A stretch of 64,000 bases of DNA from an uncultured Clostridia bacterium (GCA_944391575.1 CALXUC010000003.1:16459-80458), one strand, 5' to 3'. Counted from the stretch's first letter, positions 17,713 to 28,024 are shown. Numbers and translations are program-made. The notes: generated from the letters alone by a model not told the origin.

Positions 17713-18921
17713 TTATATCAATCTTCTACCTTCGACAAATCTTACATCGTAATAACCACTCATAATAGTATCTGTTGTTACACCACTATATGAATTTTCA
17801 GCATGAACAATTTTACCATTACCAATATAAATACCTGCGTGACCTATTGATGTATTTGAGTAATCATTAAATATAACTAAATCGCCTGGTACCAAATTTT
17901 CTTTACTTACATATGCACCATAATTAGATTGTGTTACTGCATTATGTGGTAAGTTTATTCCAAATTGTTGGAATACATACATTGTAAATCCTGAACAATC
18001 AAATGCTGTTGGTCCAGAACCTCCGTATACATAACTATATCCTACATATTGTTTTGCAAATTCTGCTACAGAATTACCAGATGCGCTCGCTATTAAAGCT
18101 GCACTTTTTTCACTTGAAACTGGTGTAGCTGTTCTATTTATAGAACTTCTGCTTGTTACTTCCGTTCTTTCATCAGATACTAAACTTGCAAATATATATG
18201 CTTCTCCATCTCCATTTTTAATTTTATACCATTCGCCTAAATCTTCTAATATTTGTACTTCATCATTTAATACTGCCATATCAACTACTTCAGAATCTGT
18301 AGAAGCTTCTGCTCTTATATTAGCACTAGTTACATTTACATACCCTGTTTTAGTTTCAGTAGTATTTGTGTCAGGTGTTTCCGTGTTATTTATTTTATCA
18401 AAATTTTCAATATACTTATTTAAAACCCAACCATTAGTACCTTCAACTTCTATATTACTCCAATTATTTAGTGTTTCTACAATTCTTATAGAAGTTGCAT
18501 TTTCTACTGTTTTTATCGAACTTGAAATTAAGGCTGGTAATATATATACTTCTGTATTTGCTTTCAACCTAATTTCGTTATCATTTGTATTTGCGTTATT
18601 ATCTGTATTACTATCTGCTGTTTGATTATTTTCATCTGTTGTGGAAGGAATATCTTGATTTATTCGTATATATTCCGCAGCAACGTAACCTTCATATCCC
18701 TCAAAAGAAATTTTATACCAATCTCCTTCTTGAGAAATTACTTCGAGTTCATCCCCTTCATCTAAGTTTCTTAAAATATTTGATTCTGTCGTTGGTTCTT
18801 TTCTAAGTCTTAAAGTCTCTGTTATTACTGTTGCTGTTTCAGCATAACTAACTGACATTATAAGCTGACTTATTGTTATTGCAGAGATTATCGTTAGTGT
18901 AAGCTTTCGAGCTTTTTCCAT
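17713..18921 (-). CDS. cell-wall hydrolase: signal peptide, three SH3b-like repeats, C-terminal NlpC/P60 peptidase
   Basis: 402 aa. Repeated LRLRKEPT / NIRAEAS SH3b-type segments. The catalytic context FDCSGFTMYVF and HAGIYIGNGKIVHA is present. Confidence 0.85.
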   Translation of the reverse strand: MEKARKLTLTIISAITISQLIMSVSYAETATVITETLRLRKEPTTESNILRNLDEGDELEVISQEGDWYKISFEGYEGYVAAEYIRINQDIPSTTDENNQTADSNTDNNANTNDNEIRLKANTEVYILPALISSSIKTVENATSIRIVETLNNWSNIEVEGTNGWVLNKYIENFDKINNTETPDTNTTETKTGYVNVTSANIRAEASTDSEVVDMAVLNDEVQILEDLGEWYKIKNGDGEAYIFASLVSDERTEVTSRSSINRTATPVSSEKSAALIASASGNSVAEFAKQYVGYSYVYGGSGPTAFDCSGFTMYVFQQFGINLPHNAVTQSNYGAYVSKENLVPGDLVIFNDYSNTSIGHAGIYIGNGKIVHAENSYSGVTTDTIMSGYYDVRFVEGRRLI

Positions 18922-18957
18922 TTTTTTATATCTTCCTTTCTTAACACGACTGTTTCT

Positions 18958-18986
18958 ATTATACTATTTTTTTTTATATTTGTCAA
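18958..18986 (-). promoter_or_regulatory. consensus sigma-A promoter for the NlpC/P60 gene
   Basis: Minus strand reads TTGACA - 17 nt - TATAAT, 37 nt upstream of the start codon. Confidence 0.6.
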
Positions 18987-18998
18987 ATTTTGGAATAG

Positions 18999-19036
18999 AA
19001 AAAATACTAGAGTAAATAAACTCTAGTATTTTTTTT
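18999..19036 (-). terminator. bidirectional rho-independent terminator downstream of rnj
   Basis: Stem AATACTAGAG / CTCTAGTATT with an 8-nt loop, an A6 run before and a T6 run after. The same stem sequence recurs at 40578-40611. Confidence 0.7.
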
Positions 19037-19187
19037 ACAATTTACAGCTATCATTGTAAAGATATTACCGTACTTATATATTAATATTTTGCAATCAAAG
19101 ACCCGGATTGTTAACCCCAGCTATGTTTTTGATAAAAAATATTAATATATAAGTACTACTAATATTTATTTAGCTATGAATTGTAGC
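19034..19187 (-). mobile_element. Nested-palindrome MITE-like element, type B, full copy
   Basis: Ends TTTACAATTTACAGCT / AGCTATGAATTGTAGC. Inner stem GTACTTATATATTAATATTTT / AAAATATTAATATATAAGTAC. Near-TSD AGTATTTT / AGTGTTTT. It is inserted in the T-run of the rnj terminator. Confidence 0.85.
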
Positions 19188-19202
19188 AGTGTTTTCTATT
19201 TA

Positions 19203-21038
19203 TTAAACATCCATAATTATCGGTAAAATCATTGGATTTCTCTTTGTTTTTCTAAATATATATTCTTTTAAATCTTCTCTTAAATTACCTTTTATTGTTG
19301 CCCAGTCTGTTGTTCCATTTTCTTCACAAGTTGTAATTATATCTTTAACTACCATTTTTACTTCGTCCATTAAGTTTTCAGATTCTCTTACGTATACAAA
19401 TCCTCTTGAAATTACATCTGGTCCTGATATTACTTCTCCTGTTTTTGAATCCATTGTTAATACAATTATTATTAAACCGTCTTGTGATAAATGTTGTCTA
19501 TCTCTTAACACTATGCTTCCTACGTCGCCTACGCCTAAACCATCAACCATAATTTTTCCAGATGGTACTACAGCTCCAAATTTAGCAGTATTTGATGTTA
19601 ATTCTAATGTTTTTCCATTTACCATCATAAATATATTTTCACTTGGTATTCCTATCTTTTTAGCCGTTTCTGCATGGCAAACTAATTGTCTATATTCACC
19701 ATGTACTGGCATAAAGAATTTTGGCTTTAATAATGTTAATATAAGTTTTTGTTCTTCTTGACATGCATGTCCTGAAACATGTATATCTGCTAATGAGCTA
19801 TATATTACTTCTGCACCTAATTGCATTAAATCATCTATAACTTTTGAAACATACTTTTCATTACCCGGTATTGGATTTGCAGATATAATTACTAAATCGT
19901 TTGATGTTATAGTAACTTTTCTATGGTCACCTGCTGCCATTCTAGTTAATGCTGACATTGTTTCACCTTGGCTACCTGTTGTTATTATTACTAATTGTTC
20001 TGGTGTATAATTTTTAATCAAATCTATATCTATAAATACATTATCTGGTACATCTATATATTTTAATTCTCTTGCTGTTTCTATCATTTTTATCATACTT
20101 CTACCACATACAGCAACTTTTCTGTTATGTGTTACTGCTGAATTTATGATTTGTTGTACTCTATGAACATTAGATGCAAATGTTGCTACTACTATTCTTT
20201 TTTTACAACCATAAAATAATCTTTCAAATACATCTCCTACACTATGCTCAGACATTGTATAGCCTTTTCTTTCTGCATTTGTACTATCTGATAATAATGC
20301 TAAAACACCTTCTGTACCGATTTCTGCTAATCTATTTAAATCCATTCTTTGATTATCTATTGGTGTATAATCTATCTTAAAATCTCCTGTATGCACCACA
20401 GTTCCTACTGGCGTTTTTATTGCAAGCATTACAGAATCTGGTATACTATGACAACTTTGTATAAATTCTATTACAAATTTTCCTAATCTTATTTTATCTC
20501 CTTGCATTACAACTTTTAATTTTGTACTATTTACTAATCTATGTTCTTCAAGTTTATTTGTAATTAAACCAGCAGCAAGTCTAGTTGCATATATAGGTAC
20601 ATTTATTTGTTTTAAAAAATATGGAATTCCTCCTATATGGTCTTCGTGGCCATGTGTTATTACTAATCCTCTTATTTTTTCTTTATTTCTTAAAAGATAT
20701 GTTACATCTGGTATTACTAAATCTATACCTAACATATCATCTTCTGGGAATGCTAGTCCACAGTCTACTATAACAATATCGTTTTCGTACTCGAATACTG
20801 TCATATTTTTCCCTATTTCTAGTAATCCTCCTAATGGTATTATTTTTAATGGTGATTCTTTAAATATACTTTCTTTATTTTCAATTTTTTTAGTTTTTCT
20901 TACTGTTTTAGAATCTTTATTAATATTTCTAGGTGTGTATGGCTTTTTTGTATTTCTGTTTTTTATAATACTTGTTTGGTCTTTTTTTTCTATCATACCT
21001 CCTTTTTTTGAAATGCTATTAAGTCTTTCTTTTTCCAA
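19203..21038 (-). CDS. rnj: ribonuclease J
   Basis: 611 aa with a beta-CASP metallo-beta-lactamase fold (IIPLGGLLEIGKNM, ITHGHEDHIGG). It has a basic ~55-aa N-terminal extension. TTG start with RBS GAGGAG. Confidence 0.9.
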   Translation of the reverse strand: MEKERLNSISKKGGMIEKKDQTSIIKNRNTKKPYTPRNINKDSKTVRKTKKIENKESIFKESPLKIIPLGGLLEIGKNMTVFEYENDIVIVDCGLAFPEDDMLGIDLVIPDVTYLLRNKEKIRGLVITHGHEDHIGGIPYFLKQINVPIYATRLAAGLITNKLEEHRLVNSTKLKVVMQGDKIRLGKFVIEFIQSCHSIPDSVMLAIKTPVGTVVHTGDFKIDYTPIDNQRMDLNRLAEIGTEGVLALLSDSTNAERKGYTMSEHSVGDVFERLFYGCKKRIVVATFASNVHRVQQIINSAVTHNRKVAVCGRSMIKMIETARELKYIDVPDNVFIDIDLIKNYTPEQLVIITTGSQGETMSALTRMAAGDHRKVTITSNDLVIISANPIPGNEKYVSKVIDDLMQLGAEVIYSSLADIHVSGHACQEEQKLILTLLKPKFFMPVHGEYRQLVCHAETAKKIGIPSENIFMMVNGKTLELTSNTAKFGAVVPSGKIMVDGLGVGDVGSIVLRDRQHLSQDGLIIIVLTMDSKTGEVISGPDVISRGFVYVRESENLMDEVKMVVKDIITTCEENGTTDWATIKGNLREDLKEYIFRKTKRNPMILPIIMDV

Positions 21039-21117
21039 ATTATATTCTCCTCTCTTTTCTTATAAATCTTATTATTTAATTTTGGCATAACTTAAATTAA
21101 GTATAAAGCTATTTTAT

Positions 21118-21266
21118 GTTACAGTTTAGTATGAGAACATACAACTTTTGCGAAAACTTGATATATAGCTATTTGTAAGTCAAGACCCGGATTGTGTCAC
21201 TCTAGCTATGTTTTGACTAAAAATAGCTATATATCAAGTTTTATAAAATTTTTACTGAATTGTAAC
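21118..21266 (-). mobile_element. Nested-palindrome MITE-like element, type A, full copy with TSD
   Basis: TIRs GTTACAGTTTAG / CTGAATTGTAAC. A perfect 8-bp duplication TATTTTAT sits at 21110-21117 and 21267-21274. Confidence 0.9.
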
Positions 21267-21534
21267 TATTTTATACTCATTTTATAAAAATATTTTATCT
21301 CTTACTACATATATATTAGTCTGTTTTTTATATAATTATACATTACATTCCTAATTATATATTAATATTTGTCTATATTAACTATAAATTATAATAATCA
21401 TATTAACATAACTAATAAAAGCTAACTTATTCGCCAGCTTTAAAAATATTTTAATTCTCCGAACATCCTATTTTTTAAACAATAAATTTATATCTCTTTT
21501 TTCCCAAATGCAACTTTGGTACTTGCTAGGTTGT

Positions 21535-21563
21535 ATTATACTACATTTTATATAATTTGTCAA
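21535..21563 (-). promoter_or_regulatory. consensus sigma-A promoter pointing toward rnj
   Basis: Minus strand reads TTGACA - 17 nt - TATAAT. This would give a ~490-nt leader that contains the MITE at 21118-21266. Confidence 0.5.
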
Positions 21564-21592
21564 ATAGAATTTTGTAAGCTTACTTAATAACG

Positions 21593-21733
21593 GAAACAAC
21601 TCAGCAGATATTCAAATAAAAGCTTGATATATAGCTATTTGTAAGTCAAGACCCGGATTGTTACACCTGAGCTTGTTTTTTGACTGAAAATAGCTATATA
21701 TCAAGCTTTAGAAAGTATATTCTAAGTTGTTAC
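21593..21733 (-). mobile_element. Nested-palindrome MITE-like element, type A, full copy with TSD
   Basis: TIRs GAAACAACTCAGC / (A)CTAAGTTGTTAC. A perfect 8-bp duplication TAATAACG sits at 21585-21592 and 21734-21741. Confidence 0.9.
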
Positions 21734-21754
21734 TAATAACGTTATAGTTTAATA

Positions 21755-21801
21755 CAAAAAATTTGAAATATGATATTTTAATAAATAGCATATTTCAAAT
21801 T
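21755..21801 (-). terminator. Rho-independent terminator after pilC
   Basis: 13-bp stem AATTTGAAATATG / CATATTTCAAATT followed by a T5 run on the minus strand. Confidence 0.65.
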
Positions 21802-21813
21802 TATAACTTATTT

Positions 21814-23160
21814 TTAGAAGCCTCCTGCTGAAAATAAGAAGTCTCCCATGTATACTTGTATAATTGGAACTAATACTACTACAACGAAGAAAATTAAGAA
21901 TATACCAACTATAAGATATACTACTTCAGGTAAAACTTTCATAATCTTAGACATTAGTGCGTCTATATCTATCTTCATGTATTCTAACAATTTTTCCAAC
22001 ATAAGTGTTAAGTCAGTTTGCATACCTATTCTTAACATTTCAGTTATCATCGATGATGATAATCCTGATTTTTCAAAAGGTTCAATCCAAGATTTTCCCA
22101 TTAATATATTGTTAGCAGAAGTTTCTATTATTGATAGTAAAACTAAATTATGAACTACGTTCTTGCTAACTTCTAATGCATCTTGTATTCTTATACCACT
22201 TTTTACATTTAATAATACAGCTTGCATAAATCTTGAAAAATCTATTGCATATATTAATTTACCAAATATTGGCATTTTATACTTAAAATAATTAAATTGA
22301 TATTTTCCATGCTCTGTATTAATATAGAATATAATTACACCTACAATTACAGCTATTAGGATAACTGGTACATACCAGAAATGAATTATTGTTTCTAATA
22401 CTCCTTGGAACCATAATGATATTGCTGGTAATTGTTTAGTTGAACCTACACTTTCATAAACACCTTGAATCATTGGAATTGCAAATAAGGTTCCTAGAAC
22501 TAATAATACAAGAATTCCAACAAATTGTACTATATTAGGTATTAATATTCCTCTTAATTTTTTATTTAAAGCTGCTGTATCTTCAAGGTACTCAATAGCT
22601 TGATATAAAGTTTCTGTTAGTGAACCTGATAATTCACCACTTTTTATCATACTTATATATATAGAAGGGAATATTCCTTCGTAATATTCTAATGTTGCAT
22701 ATATACTTTCACCTGCTTCTACACCTGCCAGTACATCTTCGAGTATTTCTTTTAATGTTAAGTTTTCAGTATTTTCTATTACAGTAGAAAGTGCATGAAT
22801 ATTATTAAAGTTAGCTTTTTTCAAAAGATAAAAATTTTGCGTAAAAATTATTATATCTCTTATTGTTACTTTTTCAGTAAGCGCTAACTTACCATATACT
22901 CTCTCTTTTAATGTAAGTTTTGCTGTTCCATTTCCTAATCTTGCATTTATGTTTGCATTCTTTACAATTTCCGTCATACCAGATGTATTTTTTTTAGGTC
23001 TTCTGGCTGTATTTTTTCTTTTAGCTGTTTGCATTACAGATATAGGTATTAAGCCATTTCTTTTTAATTTTTTTAACAAGCTAATTCTACTCATATCTTC
23101 AACTTTATTCTTTACGACTTTACCATTTTTAGTAACAGCTTTATAAAAATATAGTGGCAT
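21814..23160 (-). CDS. pilC: type IV pilus platform protein PilC (GspF family)
   Basis: 448 aa with two T2SSF repeats and three TM segments. It lies downstream of pilB and pilT. Confidence 0.85.
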   Translation of the reverse strand: MPLYFYKAVTKNGKVVKNKVEDMSRISLLKKLKRNGLIPISVMQTAKRKNTARRPKKNTSGMTEIVKNANINARLGNGTAKLTLKERVYGKLALTEKVTIRDIIIFTQNFYLLKKANFNNIHALSTVIENTENLTLKEILEDVLAGVEAGESIYATLEYYEGIFPSIYISMIKSGELSGSLTETLYQAIEYLEDTAALNKKLRGILIPNIVQFVGILVLLVLGTLFAIPMIQGVYESVGSTKQLPAISLWFQGVLETIIHFWYVPVILIAVIVGVIIFYINTEHGKYQFNYFKYKMPIFGKLIYAIDFSRFMQAVLLNVKSGIRIQDALEVSKNVVHNLVLLSIIETSANNILMGKSWIEPFEKSGLSSSMITEMLRIGMQTDLTLMLEKLLEYMKIDIDALMSKIMKVLPEVVYLIVGIFLIFFVVVVLVPIIQVYMGDFLFSAGGF

Positions 23161-23184
23161 TACTTAACCTCCTTTTGCACTTTT

Positions 23185-24276
23185 CTATTGAATTCTTAAT
23201 TGCATTATTGTTCTATTTAAAATTTCTTGGTTCTTATCTTCTATTTGTGCTTTTGCTTGTTCTAAAGAAATTTTACCAGCCACAAATAAATTCGCAATAG
23301 AATTTATTAAACTTATATTTCCCTTATCTATATTAGATTGAATAGCATCCTCAATTTCAGATGTACTGAATTTTTCTTTTCTTATATATCCAGCCATTAC
23401 ATTATCAACTACCATAACTTCTGGTACTAATATTAAATTTCCATCTTGCGCTCTTAATAATCTTTGTGATATAACTAATTTTAATATAGAAGATAATAAA
23501 TATTTTACAGTTATTTGATCTTGTATGTCATAGAAGTTAATAACTCTATCTATAGTTTCTGCACATGATTTTGTATGAACAGTTCCAATAACTAAATGTC
23601 CTGATTCTGCCATTTCTATTGCAGCATCCATAGTTTCTCTATCTCTAACCTCACCAATAACTAGTATATCACAGTCCTCTCTTAAAGAGTTTTTAACACC
23701 ATCGCTAAAAGACAAAGAGTCTCTACCTAATCCTACTTCTTTTTGAACTATAATTGATTTTTTTGATACGTGTTTAAACTCAACTGGGTTCTCTAATGTT
23801 AATATTTTTTTATTTTCTCTTTCATTTATATCATTTATCAATGCATTTAATGTTGTTGTTTTACCTGAATTTGTTTTACCAGTTACTAATAACAAGCCTT
23901 GTTTTTCTCTAGTCATTCTTCTAACTATTTCAGGAACACCTAAATCTTCAAATTTAGGTAAAGTATTTTTTATTATTCTCAATGTAAAAATTGGTACATC
24001 GCTAGACATAGAAATATTTACCCTTATACGAATATCTTTATACTCAGCTGATGCATCTAGCTTCCTAGTTTCTCTAAAAACTTTATCTTTTTCTAAATTA
24101 CCTCTTACAAAGTAATCATATAAATCAAACATATCTTCAGTACTTAATACTGGGAAATCATCAGCTGACACTAATTCTCTTTTTATTCTTAATGTTGGTT
24201 TCAATTTAGATATTAAGTGTATATCTGATGCATCTTCCATGATAGCTTTATCTAATAATTTATCTATCTCTATCAT
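23185..24276 (-). CDS. pilT: type IV pilus retraction ATPase PilT
   Basis: 363 aa with Walker A GKTNSGKTTT, the LVIGEVRD Asp box and the HLVIGTVHT His box. Confidence 0.85.
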   Translation of the reverse strand: MIEIDKLLDKAIMEDASDIHLISKLKPTLRIKRELVSADDFPVLSTEDMFDLYDYFVRGNLEKDKVFRETRKLDASAEYKDIRIRVNISMSSDVPIFTLRIIKNTLPKFEDLGVPEIVRRMTREKQGLLLVTGKTNSGKTTTLNALINDINERENKKILTLENPVEFKHVSKKSIIVQKEVGLGRDSLSFSDGVKNSLREDCDILVIGEVRDRETMDAAIEMAESGHLVIGTVHTKSCAETIDRVINFYDIQDQITVKYLLSSILKLVISQRLLRAQDGNLILVPEVMVVDNVMAGYIRKEKFSTSEIEDAIQSNIDKGNISLINSIANLFVAGKISLEQAKAQIEDKNQEILNRTIMQLRIQ

Positions 24277-24290
24277 AATATTCCTCCTAA

Positions 24291-25919
24291 TTAATATAGC
24301 ATTAACTTTTTATTTAGTTCCTCTAATGTAATTACTCCATTTACAACTTTGTTTAAGCCGTCAATAAATAAAGGTTTGTAATTATGCTCTTTTGCAATTC
24401 GTTTTATCTCTAAACTTGATTTATTATTTGCAATAGCCTCTCTTATTTCTGGTGTCATTATTAACACCTCAAAAATTGCAATACGGTCATAATATCCTGT
24501 ATTATTACAATACTCGCAGCCTTTAACATCGTAAGTCTTTTTATTATTAAAATCAAATTGGATATTGTAATTTTTAACTAATTCATTTATTAAATATTTT
24601 TCTTCTTCTGTAAATTCTCTTTCTACTGCACATTTAGGACAAATTCTTCTAATTAATCTTTGTGAAATAGATGTTGCTACTGTACTTGCAATATCGTAAT
24701 TAGAAATGCCTAATTTTCTAAGTCTTGTTATAGCTTCTACAGAATCTATAGTATGAATTGTAGACAATACGTAGTGACCTGTTTGTCCTGCTTGCATTGC
24801 TATTTCAGCAGTTTCTTCATCTCTTATTTCACCTACTAAAATTATATCTGGGTCTTGTCTTAATACAGTCCTTAAAGAATCTGAAAAACTTACTTTTGCA
24901 TCAACTTCTATTTGGTTTAAACCTGGAATTCTTATTTCTACTGGATCCTCTATTGTTGTAACATTTATTTGAGGTTTATTTAAATAATCTATTATACTAT
25001 ATAATGTTGTTGTTTTACCTTCTCCGGTTGGAGCTGCTACAACTGTAATACTATTTCTTTTTTCAAAAGCATTTTTTACTAACTTTTCATCCTTCATAAA
25101 GCCTAAATCGAATATATTTTTAATGTTTGTATTTTTCTTTAATAATCTTAATACTATCTTCTCACCATATACATTTTTTTGTGATGAGGCACGAATATTA
25201 TAATCTGGATATAAAGTAATTCTTCCTTCTTGAGAATCTTGTTTTTCTTGGTGCATATTAGATATAGCCTTTAAACGTCCTATTAATTGTGCTTTTTTCT
25301 CATTTGGAATAGTAGTTATTACTAATAACTCTCCATCTATTCTGTATCTTATTCTTACTCCATCTTCAACTGGCTCAAAGTGGATATCACTTGCTCTTTT
25401 CTCCATCGCCATTTTTATAATACTATTAACTAAAGTAATAATATCTTTATTTACATTTATCACATCAACAGTATTTTCTGAAAAAGATTTTAAAATTTGC
25501 TCTATTATACTTTCAAAAGTCAAATATTTTTCCATTATTAAACCTTTATTTAATAATATTAAACGTACTGTTTCTACAGTTCTAGGATTTGAACTGTCAG
25601 CAAAACAAACTTTTATTCTGCTTCCTACTATTTCAAAAGGTATAGCTTTATATTTTTCTGCTATATCTAAAGATATATACTCTAAAAAGTCTATTTTAAT
25701 ATCGCTTGATTTTAATAATATTGATTTTTCGCCTAAAATTTCTCCTATAGAATCTATCAATTTTTGTGGGTCACAAATATTTAGAATATATAATATATCT
25801 CCCATTTTTTTATCTGGATTTTCTTTTTGATAATTTAAAGCTACTTGTATATCATCTTCTGTTATTAAACCTTTTTTAACTAATTCTATTCCTATTGGAA
25901 TATTTTTTCTCATTTCCAT
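24291..25919 (-). CDS. pilB: type IV pilus assembly ATPase PilB (GspE family)
   Basis: 542 aa with Walker A APTGEGKTTT, ILVGEIRD, the tetracysteine CPKC…CEYC and an N-terminal GSPII-like domain. Confidence 0.9.
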   Translation of the reverse strand: MEMRKNIPIGIELVKKGLITEDDIQVALNYQKENPDKKMGDILYILNICDPQKLIDSIGEILGEKSILLKSSDIKIDFLEYISLDIAEKYKAIPFEIVGSRIKVCFADSSNPRTVETVRLILLNKGLIMEKYLTFESIIEQILKSFSENTVDVINVNKDIITLVNSIIKMAMEKRASDIHFEPVEDGVRIRYRIDGELLVITTIPNEKKAQLIGRLKAISNMHQEKQDSQEGRITLYPDYNIRASSQKNVYGEKIVLRLLKKNTNIKNIFDLGFMKDEKLVKNAFEKRNSITVVAAPTGEGKTTTLYSIIDYLNKPQINVTTIEDPVEIRIPGLNQIEVDAKVSFSDSLRTVLRQDPDIILVGEIRDEETAEIAMQAGQTGHYVLSTIHTIDSVEAITRLRKLGISNYDIASTVATSISQRLIRRICPKCAVEREFTEEEKYLINELVKNYNIQFDFNNKKTYDVKGCEYCNNTGYYDRIAIFEVLIMTPEIREAIANNKSSLEIKRIAKEHNYKPLFIDGLNKVVNGVITLEELNKKLMLY

Positions 25920-25936
25920 TTCTTACACCTCAACTT

Positions 25937-26365
25937 TTAAATATTATTATTTAATTTTAAAGTATTAATCTTTATGTTTTTTGTTAAATCTCCATCCTGA
26001 TATTCTATATTAAGCTCTAGTATTTTTATTAAATTTTCTTTAGATTCGTTACCTTCTAATTTGTTATAATCTTTTATACTTAATTTTGCAGTATAATTAT
26101 CTGATAACTCAACTCCTAATAAGTTTTTTCCTTCATATTCACCTTGTTCTAATTTAGAATCATAATAATTAAGTAATTTTGCGTTTTCTAATATTTCTAC
26201 TGCATAATTTGTTGCCATAGATGTCCTATGCATTGATAAATTTGTATTGTATATATTTATTACTAAAAGTATAACTAAACCTGAAAGAATTATAAAAATA
26301 CCTATACCTAAAATTGCATCTGCAGCTACATAGCCTTTGTTAGATTTTATTTTTCTACAATGCAT
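25937..26365 (-). CDS. minor pilin-like protein
   Basis: 142 aa. The N-terminus KSNKG|YVAADAILGIGIFIILSGLVILLV has Gly at -1, an aromatic residue at +1 and Asp at +5, followed by a hydrophobic helix. It sits between pilD and pilB. Confidence 0.45.
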   Translation of the reverse strand: MHCRKIKSNKGYVAADAILGIGIFIILSGLVILLVINIYNTNLSMHRTSMATNYAVEILENAKLLNYYDSKLEQGEYEGKNLLGVELSDNYTAKLSIKDYNKLEGNESKENLIKILELNIEYQDGDLTKNIKINTLKLNNNI

Positions 26366-26404
26366 AGTTTCATTCCTTTCTTATATATTTTAATTTTTTA
26401 ATCT

Positions 26405-27154
26405 TTATATAATAAAATTACTTCCTATAAATATGCTTATAAAATATATTACATAATAAAAAGCTAGTGGAATTTCTGTTTTAGTAATTCTGCTATGGAT
26501 AGCTCCTGTTAATACAGCTAAAATAGTAGCAAATAATATAATGTATGAATTTGCAAATATTGCTGTAAGCATTACTAATATTATAAAATATATTATATAC
26601 TTATTTTCATCACTTTTTATTAAAAATTTATTTATTGCAAAAAAAACGATTGAAGCTATTAAAATTATTATATTATATAACACATCTAGTTTTAATAAAT
26701 ACATATATATTACATATATTGCAGTAAATATTATTCCAAAAAATATAATTGATTTTTCTATTTTCCTATTTTCTTTATCTATTCCTGCCAATATAATTAA
26801 CGATATAAAAAATATAGCAATAAACGAAATTACTACTAAATCGTTTATATTAACATTATAAAAATCTATATTGAAAGAAAGGAAAAATAGCAGAAAAATT
26901 ATACCCGATAATAATTCTAATATTAAATATCTTGCTCTAATCTTTTCACCACAATGACTACATCTGCCTCTTAAAAATATATAACTAAAAATTGGTATTA
27001 AGTCTTTTAACACTAATCTTTCTTTACAATTTGGGCAATATGAATGTTTTATAAGTATATCTTCCTTTATAGGAATGCGATATACTGCTAAACTTGCGAA
27101 ACTCCCTATAAAAGCTCCCATTATAAATATTATTACATATATAATTACTTCCAT
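26405..27154 (-). CDS. pilD: prepilin peptidase (A24 family) PilD
   Basis: 249 aa, polytopic, with the Cys motif CPNC…CSHCG in the first cytoplasmic loop and a GIDKEN-type Asp region. Confidence 0.85.
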   Translation of the reverse strand: MEVIIYVIIFIMGAFIGSFASLAVYRIPIKEDILIKHSYCPNCKERLVLKDLIPIFSYIFLRGRCSHCGEKIRARYLILELLSGIIFLLFFLSFNIDFYNVNINDLVVISFIAIFFISLIILAGIDKENRKIEKSIIFFGIIFTAIYVIYMYLLKLDVLYNIIILIASIVFFAINKFLIKSDENKYIIYFIILVMLTAIFANSYIILFATILAVLTGAIHSRITKTEIPLAFYYVIYFISIFIGSNFII

Positions 27155-27292
27155 TCTTACTCCTTAAGTATATAGATCTAATATATATTTTCTCATAAAA
27201 AACATATATTAAACCTATATTTTATTTAAAATAAAGGCATATAGAATTTTATATGCCCTTACTTATAAAATTACCTAAAACTAATTAATCAA

Positions 27293-27520
27293 CTATGGAT
27301 TATTTTGTATATATATTTGTTGATCAACATAGTTCATTAAGTTTTGTAATAATTGATTTTCATTTTCGCTTTCATGTTCATATATGTCTGCTGCATTTCT
27401 TGTTCTGCTGAATAAGCCATCACCATCTACAACTGCTGCTATAGCAACACCTGCTAAAATTAACATTACAACAACTGTAATTACTAATGCAACTAATGTT
27501 ATACCTTTTTGTCCTTTCAT
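27293..27520 (-). CDS. very short type IV pilin-like protein (helix-only)
   Basis: 75 aa: MKGQKG|ITLVALVITVVVMLILAGVAIAAV plus a ~40-aa acidic tail. Strong RBS AAGGAGGG. It occupies the major-pilin position in the cluster, and Ala replaces the usual Glu5. Confidence 0.6.
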   Translation of the reverse strand: MKGQKGITLVALVITVVVMLILAGVAIAAVVDGDGLFSRTRNAADIYEHESENENQLLQNLMNYVDQQIYIQNNP

Positions 27521-27584
27521 TAAAAATACCCTCCTTTAATTAAATTAAATTTGTATATATTTATAAAATAAATATTACCTAAAG

Positions 27585-28004
27585 TTATTTACCAGGTGTG
27601 GTTTCTGTAAGTTGTCCGCCACCTGAACTATTTGTGTTTTGATTATCTCCAGCTCCATCAGAACCTGAAGAATTATTATTTCCTTCTGTATTTCCATTTG
27701 TATTTCCAGTACCTTCAGAATAATCTGAGAATGGGTCTATTTTACCTGGATTATACTTATCAGTTTCTTGATATCTATCTAAATCATCTTCTTCTATAGT
27801 GTAAGTTACTAATACTTCTTGTTCTGCTTCATCTTCTAAAGTTTGTTCTAATTCCTCTTCTAATTTCTCTGGTACTGTATATTCAACCTTACCAGGAACT
27901 ACTTTATTAGAAGGTAATTGTTCATAAAAGATTATTCCAAATACTAGTGCTATTAACGCTACTAACAATATATAGATAAAAATTTCTCTTATAACTTTTA
28001 ACAT
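27585..28004 (-). CDS. pilus-cluster membrane-anchored protein, acidic/low-complexity ectodomain
   Basis: 139 aa with one N-terminal TM segment, an E/D-rich segment and a G/N/T/S-rich tail. No family recognised. Confidence 0.35.
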   Translation of the reverse strand: MLKVIREIFIYILLVALIALVFGIIFYEQLPSNKVVPGKVEYTVPEKLEEELEQTLEDEAEQEVLVTYTIEEDDLDRYQETDKYNPGKIDPFSDYSEGTGNTNGNTEGNNNSSGSDGAGDNQNTNSSGGGQLTETTPGK

Positions 28005-28024
28005 AATACATTACCCTCCTTCTT

